A stretch of DNA of 64,000 bases from a virus: IMG/VR virus record IMGVR_UViG_3300014050_000004, positions 54,466 to 118,465 of that record. One strand, 5' to 3'. The notes under the pieces are model-generated. The model was given only the letters and a program-made list of their open reading frames with translations, ran no database searches and was not told where the DNA came from. Position numbers and translations under genes: made by a program. Of this stretch, positions 1 through 8,344 are shown in pieces (the first letter of the stretch is position 1; each line of letters opens with the position of its first letter).

Positions 1-1
1 T

Positions 2-751
2 CTGCAATTCTTTTCTCTCCTCCACAGTCCACTCTCTGAATTCTGGAGTGGGTAAACCAGATTCCCCCTTACCAAGTCTCTCCTTGACGCTTTCTGGCAA
101 ACCAGATTCCCATCCGTACTTCTTGGCAATTTTTATGATATTCGCCATCACTTTGCGGGGGTCTTTTGCTCTCCCAACAGAAGTCCAAGCTGTTCCCACA
201 TCTTCTGGGCTAGCAATGGGGAAAGACATACCAGGACCAGCAAATTCTCCCTTCATTTCTCCGCTGTGGAGCTTCTCTCTCTTTTCGGAAGACCACTCTC
301 GGAATTCTCGGTCGAGTTTGGCTTTACAGGAAGAGCATTTACACTTACCTGGCCCTTCACACTTTGAGGAACACCCTTCTTCGAACACCGCCTGAGGCAT
401 CGATAAGAGTTCTGAATCATCAGCAAACTTGTATTCTTGTTTCTTAATCTCACGGAAAGCAGCAGCCCTGGCCTTCTTTCTACTCATGATTTCTTTCATG
501 ACTTCAGGCCCTTCAGCATGCTCGTTCCGATTGCGGTTGATTAAGCCAGCCCTCTTTTCTCGGGCTTTACGATTCATCTCCAGGATCGACTCATTGTGGT
601 AGGTTAGATTTCCGTCCTCATCCGTCCTCCACTTTTTGCCGGATTTGTTCATTTCTGCTAATTTGTCTGAAGAAATTGCTGTAGCAGCGTTGATAGCTCC
701 CCCAACCCCTGGCAGAGTCACTGAAGAAAAGTTGAGGTTGGGTATGTCCAT
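2..751 (-). CDS. Repeat-containing hypothetical protein, probably head-associated (partial, runs off left edge)
   Basis: Not in ORF track. ATG at 751, open to window edge: MDIPNLNFSS...CSSKCEGPGKCKCSSCK...FREWSSEKREKL...SFPIASPEDVGTAWTSVGRAKDPRKVMANIIKIAKKYGW...FREWTVEERKELQ. GGGTAAA lies 23 nt upstream. Confidence 0.75.
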   Translation of the reverse strand, partial: MDIPNLNFSSVTLPGVGGAINAATAISSDKLAEMNKSGKKWRTDEDGNLTYHNESILEMNRKAREKRAGLINRNRNEHAEGPEVMKEIMSRKKARAAAFREIKKQEYKFADDSELLSMPQAVFEEGCSSKCEGPGKCKCSSCKAKLDREFREWSSEKREKLHSGEMKGEFAGPGMSFPIASPEDVGTAWTSVGRAKDPRKVMANIIKIAKKYGWESGLPESVKERLGKGESGLPTPEFREWTVEERKELQ

Positions 752-774
752 CACAGAGAATTTGGCTGTTAAGT

Positions 775-781
775 TTTACCC
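775..781 (-). promoter_or_regulatory. GGGTAWR putative late-promoter element
   Basis: GGGTAAA, 23 nt upstream of ATG 751. Confidence 0.5.
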
Positions 782-788
782 TGTTACT

Positions 789-1100
789 TTAGGGGTTTGC
801 TTCATTATTGTCTTGTTGTGGTGTTTCCTTGCGCTTTCTGCTTTGTCCTAGAGCTGTTACAGACCCTTGAGAAGCAGAAGGAACAAGCAATGCCAGCAAA
901 GTGGCAAGTGCAACCTTGCCGGTCTCACTGAGAGAGGAAGCAGCGTTGTTACACACGAGAGTGACCTTTTCAGACTCTTTTGAGGACTGAATTGCCGAGT
1001 GGCAGGAGAACATTTGGTACCCCACGGTCACAAATTGAACCACGAAGATACTCACAAGAGCCCTAATCAGGAATGCTCTCTCATTGAACTGATTCAGCAT
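789..1100 (-). CDS. Small membrane protein (two hydrophobic segments; holin-like possible)
   Basis: Hydrophobic stretches FLIRALVSIFVVQFVTVGY and VALATLLALLVP; charged C-terminus. Confidence 0.5.
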   Translation of the reverse strand: MLNQFNERAFLIRALVSIFVVQFVTVGYQMFSCHSAIQSSKESEKVTLVCNNAASSLSETGKVALATLLALLVPSASQGSVTALGQSRKRKETPQQDNNEANP

Positions 1101-1125
1101 CTGAGTAAAATTGAGTACCTAGGAG

Positions 1126-1132
1126 TTTACCC
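1126..1132 (-). promoter_or_regulatory. GGGTAWR putative late-promoter element
   Basis: GGGTAAA, 25 nt upstream of ATG 1100. Confidence 0.5.
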
Positions 1133-1669
1133 TCAAACCTCATCCATCAGTTCTGCGATGATGTTATCAATCTCAGAATCACCCCCTTCTGCTTCATCGG
1201 ATGCGAGATCATCTTCAAGAATGTCAAGAAGATCTTCAAGCTCATCCACCGTTATGTCAATGTCAGCCTCATCTTCCATATCTTCTTCAAACTCATCGGA
1301 TCGGGACTCAAGAATACCTTCTAGCAATAGCTCAAGTTCTTGATCTTCCTCGTCATATTCCTCCTCTTCTCCCTCAAGAATGTCATCAAGCAACAGCTCA
1401 AGTTCCTCCTCTGTGAGTTCCTCCTCTTCTTCACCTTGAGCTTGAATTACCAGGCTCTGGTTGGCTTGAAACAAAGGGTCATTTCCAGGGTTAGCCTTCC
1501 ACAAGCCTGTGTGTTGAATCCAGGGAGAGGTATTGATGACGGTGTCAGTGGGTAACCCAGTGTATTCGTCGATCTCAATGTCCTCAGGGACTTGCAAACT
1601 CTGGGCGTAAGCCATCCTGAAAGCTTCAATGGATTCGGTGTCAAAATCCCCGTTGATTCTGTTAACCAT
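1133..1669 (-). CDS. Highly acidic hypothetical protein (internal head/scaffold-like)
   Basis: E/D-rich amphipathic repeats (EEELELLLDDILE, DQELELLLEGILE). Start moved to MVNRING at 1669 because the track extension overlaps the upstream gene. Confidence 0.65.
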   Translation of the reverse strand: MVNRINGDFDTESIEAFRMAYAQSLQVPEDIEIDEYTGLPTDTVINTSPWIQHTGLWKANPGNDPLFQANQSLVIQAQGEEEEELTEEELELLLDDILEGEEEEYDEEDQELELLLEGILESRSDEFEEDMEDEADIDITVDELEDLLDILEDDLASDEAEGGDSEIDNIIAELMDEV

Positions 1670-1696
1670 GGTTGAGAAGTAAAGTTTCAGTGTAAA

Positions 1697-1703
1697 CTTA
1701 CCC
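1697..1703 (-). promoter_or_regulatory. GGGTAWR putative late-promoter element
   Basis: GGGTAAG overlapping the stop of the upstream ORF, 27 nt upstream of ATG 1669. Confidence 0.45.
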
Positions 1704-1940
1704 TTTATCCCTCCATCCAGACATCTTTCCAGACACATCTTGCAAAAGCTTAGAGTTGCCTTGAAGGTTGCCTGTGGAACTTTCTTCAAAGGTGGGACTT
1801 ACAGTCTCCGAAAGCTTGTCTAGCAATGCCCCGTGTTCTTTATTAACAGCCCTTCTACACACCCGGTCGGCTGACACGAGCAAGGGTCCGCAAGGCACAA
1901 GACCTTGACTTTCTATGGACAATTTGACATTCTTCGTCAT
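1698..1940 (-). CDS. Hypothetical protein
   Basis: ATGA overlap with the stop of the upstream gene (1937-1940); fills the gap in the operon. Confidence 0.6.
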   Translation of the reverse strand: MTKNVKLSIESQGLVPCGPLLVSADRVCRRAVNKEHGALLDKLSETVSPTFEESSTGNLQGNSKLLQDVSGKMSGWRDKG

Positions 1941-2272
1941 GCGGATGTCCTATCTGGGTTGTGCCAAGTGTTCAGGTAGTCGGGATAATGAGAGTTCATT
2001 TTGCGTTCTAACCGAGGTTTAACATCTTCTTTGTTGCTTTCTCTCATCCCAGCAATAACTGCATCTCTCATTTTTCTAAGATCTTCTCTTGGAACGTTGC
2101 AATGAGGGCTGTCCCTGTAAGTGCGGAACCACCTGCAGACCTCGGAAGGGTCGTCTGACTGAAGCATCATGTTCCAAACAACGGTAGCCTGAGAATCCTT
2201 GAATATGCCGGATGGCAATCTGGCCTCCAGATCTTCTCTACTTGGGCGTTTGAAGCGTGTGTCTCTCCTCAT
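1937..2272 (-). CDS. Hypothetical protein
   Basis: Tightly packed between neighbours on the coding strand. Confidence 0.65.
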   Translation of the reverse strand: MRRDTRFKRPSREDLEARLPSGIFKDSQATVVWNMMLQSDDPSEVCRWFRTYRDSPHCNVPREDLRKMRDAVIAGMRESNKEDVKPRLERKMNSHYPDYLNTWHNPDRTSA

Positions 2273-2273
2273 G

Positions 2274-3758
2274 TTACAACAAATTGTCTAGGTTGGGGAC
2301 AAATTCCCTCAGCACTTGAGACAAATCATCACCATATTCGCTACTCTTCTGCTTCTGCAGGGCGAGCCTTGCGCTATTATTTCCTCTCACCGACATTGCC
2401 TCCTCGTCGGTCAAAATGCGAGCTTTTCTTAGGTCTTCCAGTTGTCCAATAAGTTGTTGTTTTTTCGAGGGGTCGACTGCTGCCAAAGCAATGAGAACGG
2501 CAGTACTCGGTTTAACTTTGGTTCCTGGCAAGGTTGGGACTCCATTGTTCATGAAAGCTGGCTTGCCTCCCATCCTGTGGTCAAGGTCTCTGTCTTGGTG
2601 CTGCCAACCCACCCCTGCCGCTCTTATCAAGTACCTTACCTTGTCACCGTAAGACTCAACAAGTTTCTTGGTATTTGCAACTCTTTCCTCGGGCGTGATG
2701 CTTGACAAAGCTTGGGACAATTCTCCAGGAGCTTGAGCCTTCTTGCCTTTCGTCGCCGCCGCCGACTCCGTAGCCGGATTGTACACCTGGTTGTTGTACT
2801 CTTCCCTTCCCATTTTCTGATACTTTTCAAGGGATTGTTTCCACTTGGTAAAGTTGTCATCGGCTCCAGCCTTCTGGTTGTTTGGTTGAGCGGCTGCCCA
2901 GAGGAGGTTCCTTGGCTGGTCTCCGCCACCACCTTTCGCCAAAGCGTGTGCAAACGCCACCATGTGTTCCGGTTCGGCATTTCTGATGTCAATTGGCTTC
3001 CCAGTGTAGGGGTCTAGCCCACCTTGTTCCATCCATCTTTTGACAAGGAACACACCCCTTGCTTTTGTCGGCTTACTTGAAAAGGTCGGATTACCTTTCT
3101 CGTCGTCCCCCGCATACATTACGCCTTCGCCCTTCACAGCCCCAGCTTTGTCAATCGCAGATCTAACCTTTGCTGGCAACATGTTGTAGGCTGCTACAGC
3201 TACGGAGTCAGAGATTTCATTTTTGAGGTATTCATTTTTGATGAGATCTCCCATACCTCCCTTTGCAGAAGGGTCAAACTTTCCTTCTTTTGAGAAAGAG
3301 GCCTGGTAAGCCTTCTCAAGGCTCTCCAGCTTCCCTGGCTTCAAAGCTGCTTCAATTTCATCGAAACTCATGACCCTTGGGGCATTCCTGTCTTGCCCGG
3401 GAGTTACGATCGTGCTGATGAGGAGGTTGGCAACTGAGTCAAGCTCTGTGTCCGAGGTTTTACCGGTATCAACCAGTTTCTTGAACAAGTCAAAAGCTTT
3501 CTGTTGGGAAGGCTCAATGTCCTTCAACTTTGAGACCACTTCTTCAGCAGTTCCTTCCGACACTGAGCCTTGCTCCACCCGCTCAGACAGCAATTTAGAA
3601 ACTTTTGAGATTGCCAAGCCTAAGGAAGGTGGCAAATCTACCACACATTGATTGTTACGGTATATGCATGTAGCTCCGCAAGACTTCCCCTTGGTGCACT
3701 TGTCTTTTGAAGAAGGACTTTGGAAGTCGAACCAATGAACCATTTTTGCACGCATCAA
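2274..3758 (-). CDS. HNH-domain protein with N-terminal Cys motif
   Basis: YTGKPIDIRNAEPEHMVAF...GGGDQPRNLLWAAAQPNNQKA fits the HNH beta-beta-alpha-metal pattern; N-terminal KCTKGKSCGATCIYRNNQC. True start may be ATG 3755 or 3743. Confidence 0.6.
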   Translation of the reverse strand: MMRAKMVHWFDFQSPSSKDKCTKGKSCGATCIYRNNQCVVDLPPSLGLAISKVSKLLSERVEQGSVSEGTAEEVVSKLKDIEPSQQKAFDLFKKLVDTGKTSDTELDSVANLLISTIVTPGQDRNAPRVMSFDEIEAALKPGKLESLEKAYQASFSKEGKFDPSAKGGMGDLIKNEYLKNEISDSVAVAAYNMLPAKVRSAIDKAGAVKGEGVMYAGDDEKGNPTFSSKPTKARGVFLVKRWMEQGGLDPYTGKPIDIRNAEPEHMVAFAHALAKGGGGDQPRNLLWAAAQPNNQKAGADDNFTKWKQSLEKYQKMGREEYNNQVYNPATESAAATKGKKAQAPGELSQALSSITPEERVANTKKLVESYGDKVRYLIRAAGVGWQHQDRDLDHRMGGKPAFMNNGVPTLPGTKVKPSTAVLIALAAVDPSKKQQLIGQLEDLRKARILTDEEAMSVRGNNSARLALQKQKSSEYGDDLSQVLREFVPNLDNLL

Positions 3759-3766
3759 TACAAAAG

Positions 3767-3773
3767 TTTACCC
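3767..3773 (-). promoter_or_regulatory. GGGTAWR putative late-promoter element
   Basis: GGGTAAA, 23 nt upstream of ATG 3743; back-to-back with the plus-strand copy. Confidence 0.45.
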
Positions 3774-3793
3774 TTTCACAAATTAAGAGAGTC

Positions 3794-3800
3794 GGGTAAA
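3794..3800 (+). promoter_or_regulatory. GGGTAWR putative late-promoter element (phoH)
   Basis: GGGTAAA, 25 nt upstream of phoH ATG 3826. Confidence 0.5.
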
Positions 3801-3825
3801 AACAGGGCAGAGTTGTCCTTAAGCT

Positions 3826-4653
3826 ATGAAAGACAAAGGCAACAGCCAATCAGATGGGGGTGATTTTGATGGTTTGATCCTCTTAAGCAACGAAGTATAC
3901 AAAACGGTATCCACTGTTGTCAACAACCCCACCCATCAAATGCTAACAAGTAAAGAAAAACGCAAAGCTCGCAGATCCTCGGAAGACTACGTTCCTTCCT
4001 CAAGAGGGATGGACATCAACTCCTTCCTGCCAAGAACGAGAAGGCAGAGCAATCTATGGGATACCATAGACAATAACACAGTGACCATAGCCATCGGATC
4101 TAGCGGTACAGGGAAGACTCTTGTTTCCCTGTGGTATGCCCTTCACCACCTGAGCCTGGGGCACTTCAGAAACGTGTACTACATCAGGAGTGATGTGGGA
4201 GTGGCCCACCAGAGGGGTAGAGGAGCCTTGCCAGGCTCTATGGAAGAAAAGATGGCTCCTCTTGTTGCCCCCTTGATGGACAATCTGTCTATCATTATGA
4301 GGTCTAACGGGGCTGCCGAGTACCTGATGTCGAAAAAGGTGATTCAACCATTGTTGTTGGAAGACATTCGCGGCAGAAGCTTAAATGACTCCTTCATCAT
4401 TTTCGATGAAGCTCAGAACTCCACAAAAGAGCAAACTAAAGCTGTCCTAACTAGAACTGGAGAAAGATCTAAGATTGTAGTAACCGGTGACACTCGCCAG
4501 GTTGACTTGAACGTATTCAACCATGACTCTGGGTTGCTAGATGCTTATCACAGGTTGTCTCAGATCCCCGGTATTGGAACTCTTCAGTTTCTCCCAGAGG
4601 ATATAGTTCGCAACGGCATCATAACGGATATCTTAAATGCTTACGAAAGCTGA
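3826..4653 (+). CDS. phoH: PhoH-family ATPase
   Basis: Walker A GSSGTGKT; GALPGSMEEKMAP, DIRGRSLNDSFIIFDEAQN, LTRTGERSKIVVTGD and DIVRNG are PhoH signatures. Confidence 0.95.
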   Translation: MKDKGNSQSDGGDFDGLILLSNEVYKTVSTVVNNPTHQMLTSKEKRKARRSSEDYVPSSRGMDINSFLPRTRRQSNLWDTIDNNTVTIAIGSSGTGKTLVSLWYALHHLSLGHFRNVYYIRSDVGVAHQRGRGALPGSMEEKMAPLVAPLMDNLSIIMRSNGAAEYLMSKKVIQPLLLEDIRGRSLNDSFIIFDEAQNSTKEQTKAVLTRTGERSKIVVTGDTRQVDLNVFNHDSGLLDAYHRLSQIPGIGTLQFLPEDIVRNGIITDILNAYES

Positions 4654-4657
4654 AATG

Positions 4658-4688
4658 AAAGGAGGGCTTACCACCCTCCTTTTTCTTT
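4658..4688. terminator. Intrinsic terminator, likely bidirectional
   Basis: AAAGGAGGG-CTTACCA-CCCTCCTTT followed by a T-run, between convergent phoH and ORF 4736. Confidence 0.7.
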
Positions 4689-4735
4689 GCTACATGTGCC
4701 ACCACTCGAGTAGTTCAGCTGCCGTTTGAATATGC

Positions 4736-4921
4736 TCAGAGCAGATGCTCTGCATAGTCGTCGAAACCGTTTTGTCCGCCACACCATTTATCGTATCTTT
4801 CTTTGCCAAGGACTTGTGACCTGTTCAAGTATGAGTCCGCTTTCGGGCTCGTGATTAAACAAGTTGTGCCATGGTCCTCGTACATCAACTTGGGCACTGT
4901 GTCTGTTTGGGAAATCGCCAT
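4736..4921 (-). CDS. Hypothetical protein
   Basis: 61-aa ORF downstream of terL on the coding strand. Confidence 0.5.
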   Translation of the reverse strand: MAISQTDTVPKLMYEDHGTTCLITSPKADSYLNRSQVLGKERYDKWCGGQNGFDDYAEHLL

Positions 4922-4975
4922 TTTGCTCCGTTTATTGAAAAATAACGAAACTTTTATGAAGGAGGTTCCATCTCC

Positions 4976-6679
4976 TTAGAATGATTCGTAACCCAGGGAT
5001 CTGCGGCTTCTTGGGGAATACGACAATGAGCTAAAGTCCGGGTCGTTGAGGAAGGAATCCGAACCCAAGCCTCGCGTTCTCCGGCCTGAGACTGGAGAGG
5101 GTCTATTCAGAGTATAGCTTGACAGTGGCCTCCGGTAATCTCCGCTCTCTCCCTGAGGGAGCCCCCTGCCTGCCGAATCGATCTTGAGGGAGTAGTACAT
5201 GAGAGACCAAACGCAAGCATCCACAGAGTCGTCGTGTCTCACATATGGGAAAGAAGTTAGTTCTTTGACAAACGCATCAGTCCATAAACCGCGAACAATC
5301 TTTACTCTTCCGCTTTCAAGAAGGGGGGACACAACTTGCAACCTAACAGATTTGGATCTGTTGCCTGGCTTCATTTCCTCAATTGGAATGCGGGTCTCTC
5401 TCTTCAAAACTTGAATGAGCGATTGACCAGAAGCTGCTTTTTCTATACACAGAACCTTCGCCTTGTAGAAACTTTGTTGTTGCTTGACTCCTTCAAGAAG
5501 ATCAGGGAAATCCCATCTCCCCTTCACTATGTCTCGGATGTAGACGGTCTCTGGTGACCTTTTGTTGATACCTGCGACACAAATCACACTCTCATCGGCC
5601 TGCTCTTCCTCAGAAAATGCGCAGTCAATTCCGAACCAAATGAGATCGAGTTCTGGGCATTCTTCCTCTTCTATGACATCAATCCAAGAGTTTTTAACAA
5701 TCTGGCCTTCAGCAGCTACAGGAACACCCTGATACAAGGCTGCAAATTTGAAGGATCCCATGATCTTCTTCTGGGATTCTAGCATAGGGACCGAGAAAGT
5801 CGGGTTGCTTGGCCAATGCGACTCTCCGATCTTTCTGCCCAGCGGATCATTCCCAGGGTCTTCGCACAACCCTGCAATGTTGATCCACCTCCAACCAAAG
5901 GGGTTGGATTCCTCGTCGTAGAGACCATCCTTCTCCATAAGGATACCGTGAAGGTCCTTTTCGTGGAAACGGGTGGCAATAACCATCTGGCAATAGTGGT
6001 TCGTCCTTCTCGTAGAGGCCTGTTCTTGCCACCAGCTTTCCAAGTTGTCTAATGCCTGTTTGGAGTCTGAAGATTTCAAAGGGTCATCGATAATCATGGC
6101 CCCAACTCCCGGAGATTCCATGTCTGTGGTGCCTGCAGTGAATCCAGTGAGAACACCCCCAACCGAAGTAGCAAGGATGTATCCTCCACCTAACAAGTCG
6201 TATTTGGAATCCGGAGAGAAACCGGACCATTCCGGAAAGACCCTTTTGAACTCTTTAGACTTCATCATAGCCACAGATTCCCTGTGGAACTTACCGGACA
6301 AGGTGGCCCCGTAAGAAGCAACGATATGCTGAGTCCTTTCGTCTCTCCCAAGCAACCAAGCTAAGAACATCGAAGCAAGCATGGACTTGCCTGATCTAGG
6401 AGGGCAAGATACAATGAGTCTATTGTACCTTCTATTTGCCACATCCTCAAAAGCTGAACCAATGATCTCATGGAAGTCTGCAACCTGGAGATCTCCGTTT
6501 TTCATGATATCAGAGAAAGCGAGGAAGCAATTCCTTGCTGCCTTGTATCTGTACTCCCGAACGATAGACTTCGGAGCTTCCATGATCATGAGCTCCCTGA
6601 TTCCCCTCTGGTACTCTCTCCAAGAGGAAAACTCTTCAAGTTGGGAGGAGTGAGTTATGACGGGTCTGCTGAAATCCAT
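4976..6679 (-). CDS. terL: Terminase large subunit
   Basis: Walker A PPRSGKS, Walker B MIIDDP, nuclease GIDCAFS...IEKAASG...HDDSVDA. Confidence 0.95.
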   Translation of the reverse strand: MDFSRPVITHSSQLEEFSSWREYQRGIRELMIMEAPKSIVREYRYKAARNCFLAFSDIMKNGDLQVADFHEIIGSAFEDVANRRYNRLIVSCPPRSGKSMLASMFLAWLLGRDERTQHIVASYGATLSGKFHRESVAMMKSKEFKRVFPEWSGFSPDSKYDLLGGGYILATSVGGVLTGFTAGTTDMESPGVGAMIIDDPLKSSDSKQALDNLESWWQEQASTRRTNHYCQMVIATRFHEKDLHGILMEKDGLYDEESNPFGWRWINIAGLCEDPGNDPLGRKIGESHWPSNPTFSVPMLESQKKIMGSFKFAALYQGVPVAAEGQIVKNSWIDVIEEEECPELDLIWFGIDCAFSEEEQADESVICVAGINKRSPETVYIRDIVKGRWDFPDLLEGVKQQQSFYKAKVLCIEKAASGQSLIQVLKRETRIPIEEMKPGNRSKSVRLQVVSPLLESGRVKIVRGLWTDAFVKELTSFPYVRHDDSVDACVWSLMYYSLKIDSAGRGLPQGESGDYRRPLSSYTLNRPSPVSGRRTRGLGSDSFLNDPDFSSLSYSPRSRRSLGYESF

Positions 6680-6680
6680 T

Positions 6681-6962
6681 TCAAGAATTCTGGTCTAGCT
6701 TTTTGAGCAATTTTTCGACTGTCGGATTGTACTCCTTTGCTAGAGATTTCTCCTTCTCACTCTCAGGATCCGAGAGGCTTACTATATCGGCAACCAAGTC
6801 TCTGTGGGCCTTAACGGCAGAGTTAAAGACCGTAACGAGGTCTCGGGTTCCGCACTCGCGGATTTGATCCTGCAAAAGTTCCAAGGAGTCCTCAGCAATC
6901 TGAAGAGCCTTCGTAGCCAGTTCCTCTTTCTGCTTGAGGATCTTTTCATTCGTTTCTTTCAT
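6681..6962 (-). CDS. Possible terminase small subunit
   Basis: Helical/coiled-coil 93-aa ORF 1 nt upstream of terL; positional evidence only. Confidence 0.4.
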   Translation of the reverse strand: MKETNEKILKQKEELATKALQIAEDSLELLQDQIRECGTRDLVTVFNSAVKAHRDLVADIVSLSDPESEKEKSLAKEYNPTVEKLLKKLDQNS

Positions 6963-7111
6963 CTCATTCTCCTGTTACAAGAGCTGCAACCTTGATAAGG
7001 ATTGCCTATAGTTCGTATACTGTGAATTTGTTTCAATATCTTGTTTGCAAGACTCGGGTCGTTGTTTCGAATTGCTTGGTGGTACAGATTCCAGAGTTCT
7101 TGGGGAGACAT
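6959..7111 (-). CDS. 50-aa hypothetical protein with C-terminal CxxC
   Basis: Below track cutoff: MSPQELWNLYHQAIRNNDPSLANKILKQIHSIRTIGNPYQGCSSCNRRMR. Starts 3 nt after the upstream stop; ATGA overlap with the next gene. Confidence 0.7.
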   Translation of the reverse strand: MSPQELWNLYHQAIRNNDPSLANKILKQIHSIRTIGNPYQGCSSCNRRMR

Positions 7112-7114
7112 AGA

Positions 7115-8338
7115 TCAACACAAAGGGGTAGGACTGTCTCTTCCTTCGCAAGGCAAACAACCCAGCTTCCACAGGGAGTTTATGGAAACTTTCTCAAAAG
7201 AGTTGTCCATCAACCAACCTTTACCCTGAGGAGATCTAACAACTAAGTAAAACCTCCCAGTCGGAGTTTGTATGAAAACATCCGTCTTAATTCCTATCAG
7301 TGTTCCTCCCATCAAACTGGATTTAGGGGAGGTGGGATTCATAGGATCCGTGTACAGATTCTGCAGTGCTCCTTGAACAACAGCGAATTCCCCTGACTGG
7401 AACCCTGAGGAGAAGGTGGAATCTAGAACACTTCCGGAATCGATTGTCCCTGTGAGTGCCCCCTTGACAGTGTTTCTCCAAAGTTCAAGGGCGTACTTCA
7501 CAAGTTTCTTTCCAGTTGGGGAATATAGGACCTCTTTGATTGGAGTTTTGCAATCCCCTTGAAACATTGTCACAACAAGCTTGCCGTCCTCTGTGTAGCT
7601 GTTTGTGCTGAGTAGACAAATTGGTTGAGATAGAGGGTCTTCTGCGAAAATCTCTTCGGGGTCACAAACAAATACCCAATTCCCTGTTTGAGTGATTTCG
7701 TTGCTCCATTTAATTCCAGAAGGGCGAGTGAACTCCTCATCACCTTCTTCCGTCCCCGGATACCAAGGTACGTAAATGTCTCCGCTTGATTCTTCAACGA
7801 CGCCCCCAAGGGGAAGAGAAGTTGCTAACTTGTGGCCGGGGAAGATCTCCCTACAATTCCCTCTCTGCACACATGGATCCAGGGCTATAAATGGCAAAAC
7901 TTCCTCAATGACAACTGTGTAGTTCTGGGTGTATGTGTACTGGGATTGCTCTGTTATTCCAGCGAATTGGGAGGAGACACAGTGGAACGGTTCTAAAACT
8001 TGGACAAAGGACCCTGAAGGGGAACCTCCGGAAATTGTTATTTCCGCCGCTGTAATGAGTTGAATTGCAAAGTCATGGCCGGAGCTTGACAGGTAGTTCT
8101 GACAAGAAAAGTTGAGCTCAAAGTAGAGAGTTTTCTCGTATATGAGAGGGTTCCTGTTTTTTAGTACCGAGGAAGAATTGGTGTATCTAACAACAATGTT
8201 GTTAGTTTGCTCCACGACTCCTTCGTTATCCGCTGCATCGGCAAGCCTTAAGACATTCACCCCGAGTGGAATCAGAGGAGACGCAATGAGGGCGTCACAC
8301 AGGTACTGTTCAATTCTTGTGATTGTTGAGAGTTCCAA
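7115..8338 (-). CDS. Tail terminator/completion protein (Mu gp37-like N-domain) with C-terminal extension
   Basis: The first ~145 aa resemble the Gp37 fold pattern; adjacent to a gp36-like gene as in Mu. Confidence 0.55.
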   Translation of the reverse strand: MELSTITRIEQYLCDALIASPLIPLGVNVLRLADAADNEGVVEQTNNIVVRYTNSSSVLKNRNPLIYEKTLYFELNFSCQNYLSSSGHDFAIQLITAAEITISGGSPSGSFVQVLEPFHCVSSQFAGITEQSQYTYTQNYTVVIEEVLPFIALDPCVQRGNCREIFPGHKLATSLPLGGVVEESSGDIYVPWYPGTEEGDEEFTRPSGIKWSNEITQTGNWVFVCDPEEIFAEDPLSQPICLLSTNSYTEDGKLVVTMFQGDCKTPIKEVLYSPTGKKLVKYALELWRNTVKGALTGTIDSGSVLDSTFSSGFQSGEFAVVQGALQNLYTDPMNPTSPKSSLMGGTLIGIKTDVFIQTPTGRFYLVVRSPQGKGWLMDNSFEKVSINSLWKLGCLPCEGRDSPTPLC

Positions 8339-8344
8339 GTTTGT

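Noticed and set aside
2865-3015. Resemblance of YTG...EH...N to the Cas9/IscB HNH domain
   Set aside because: No RuvC motifs, no CRISPR array and no adjacent ncRNA-sized gap; it is a generic HNH
3826-4653. phoH as a novel auxiliary metabolic gene
   Set aside because: Very common in large phages; only its orientation and promoter are notable
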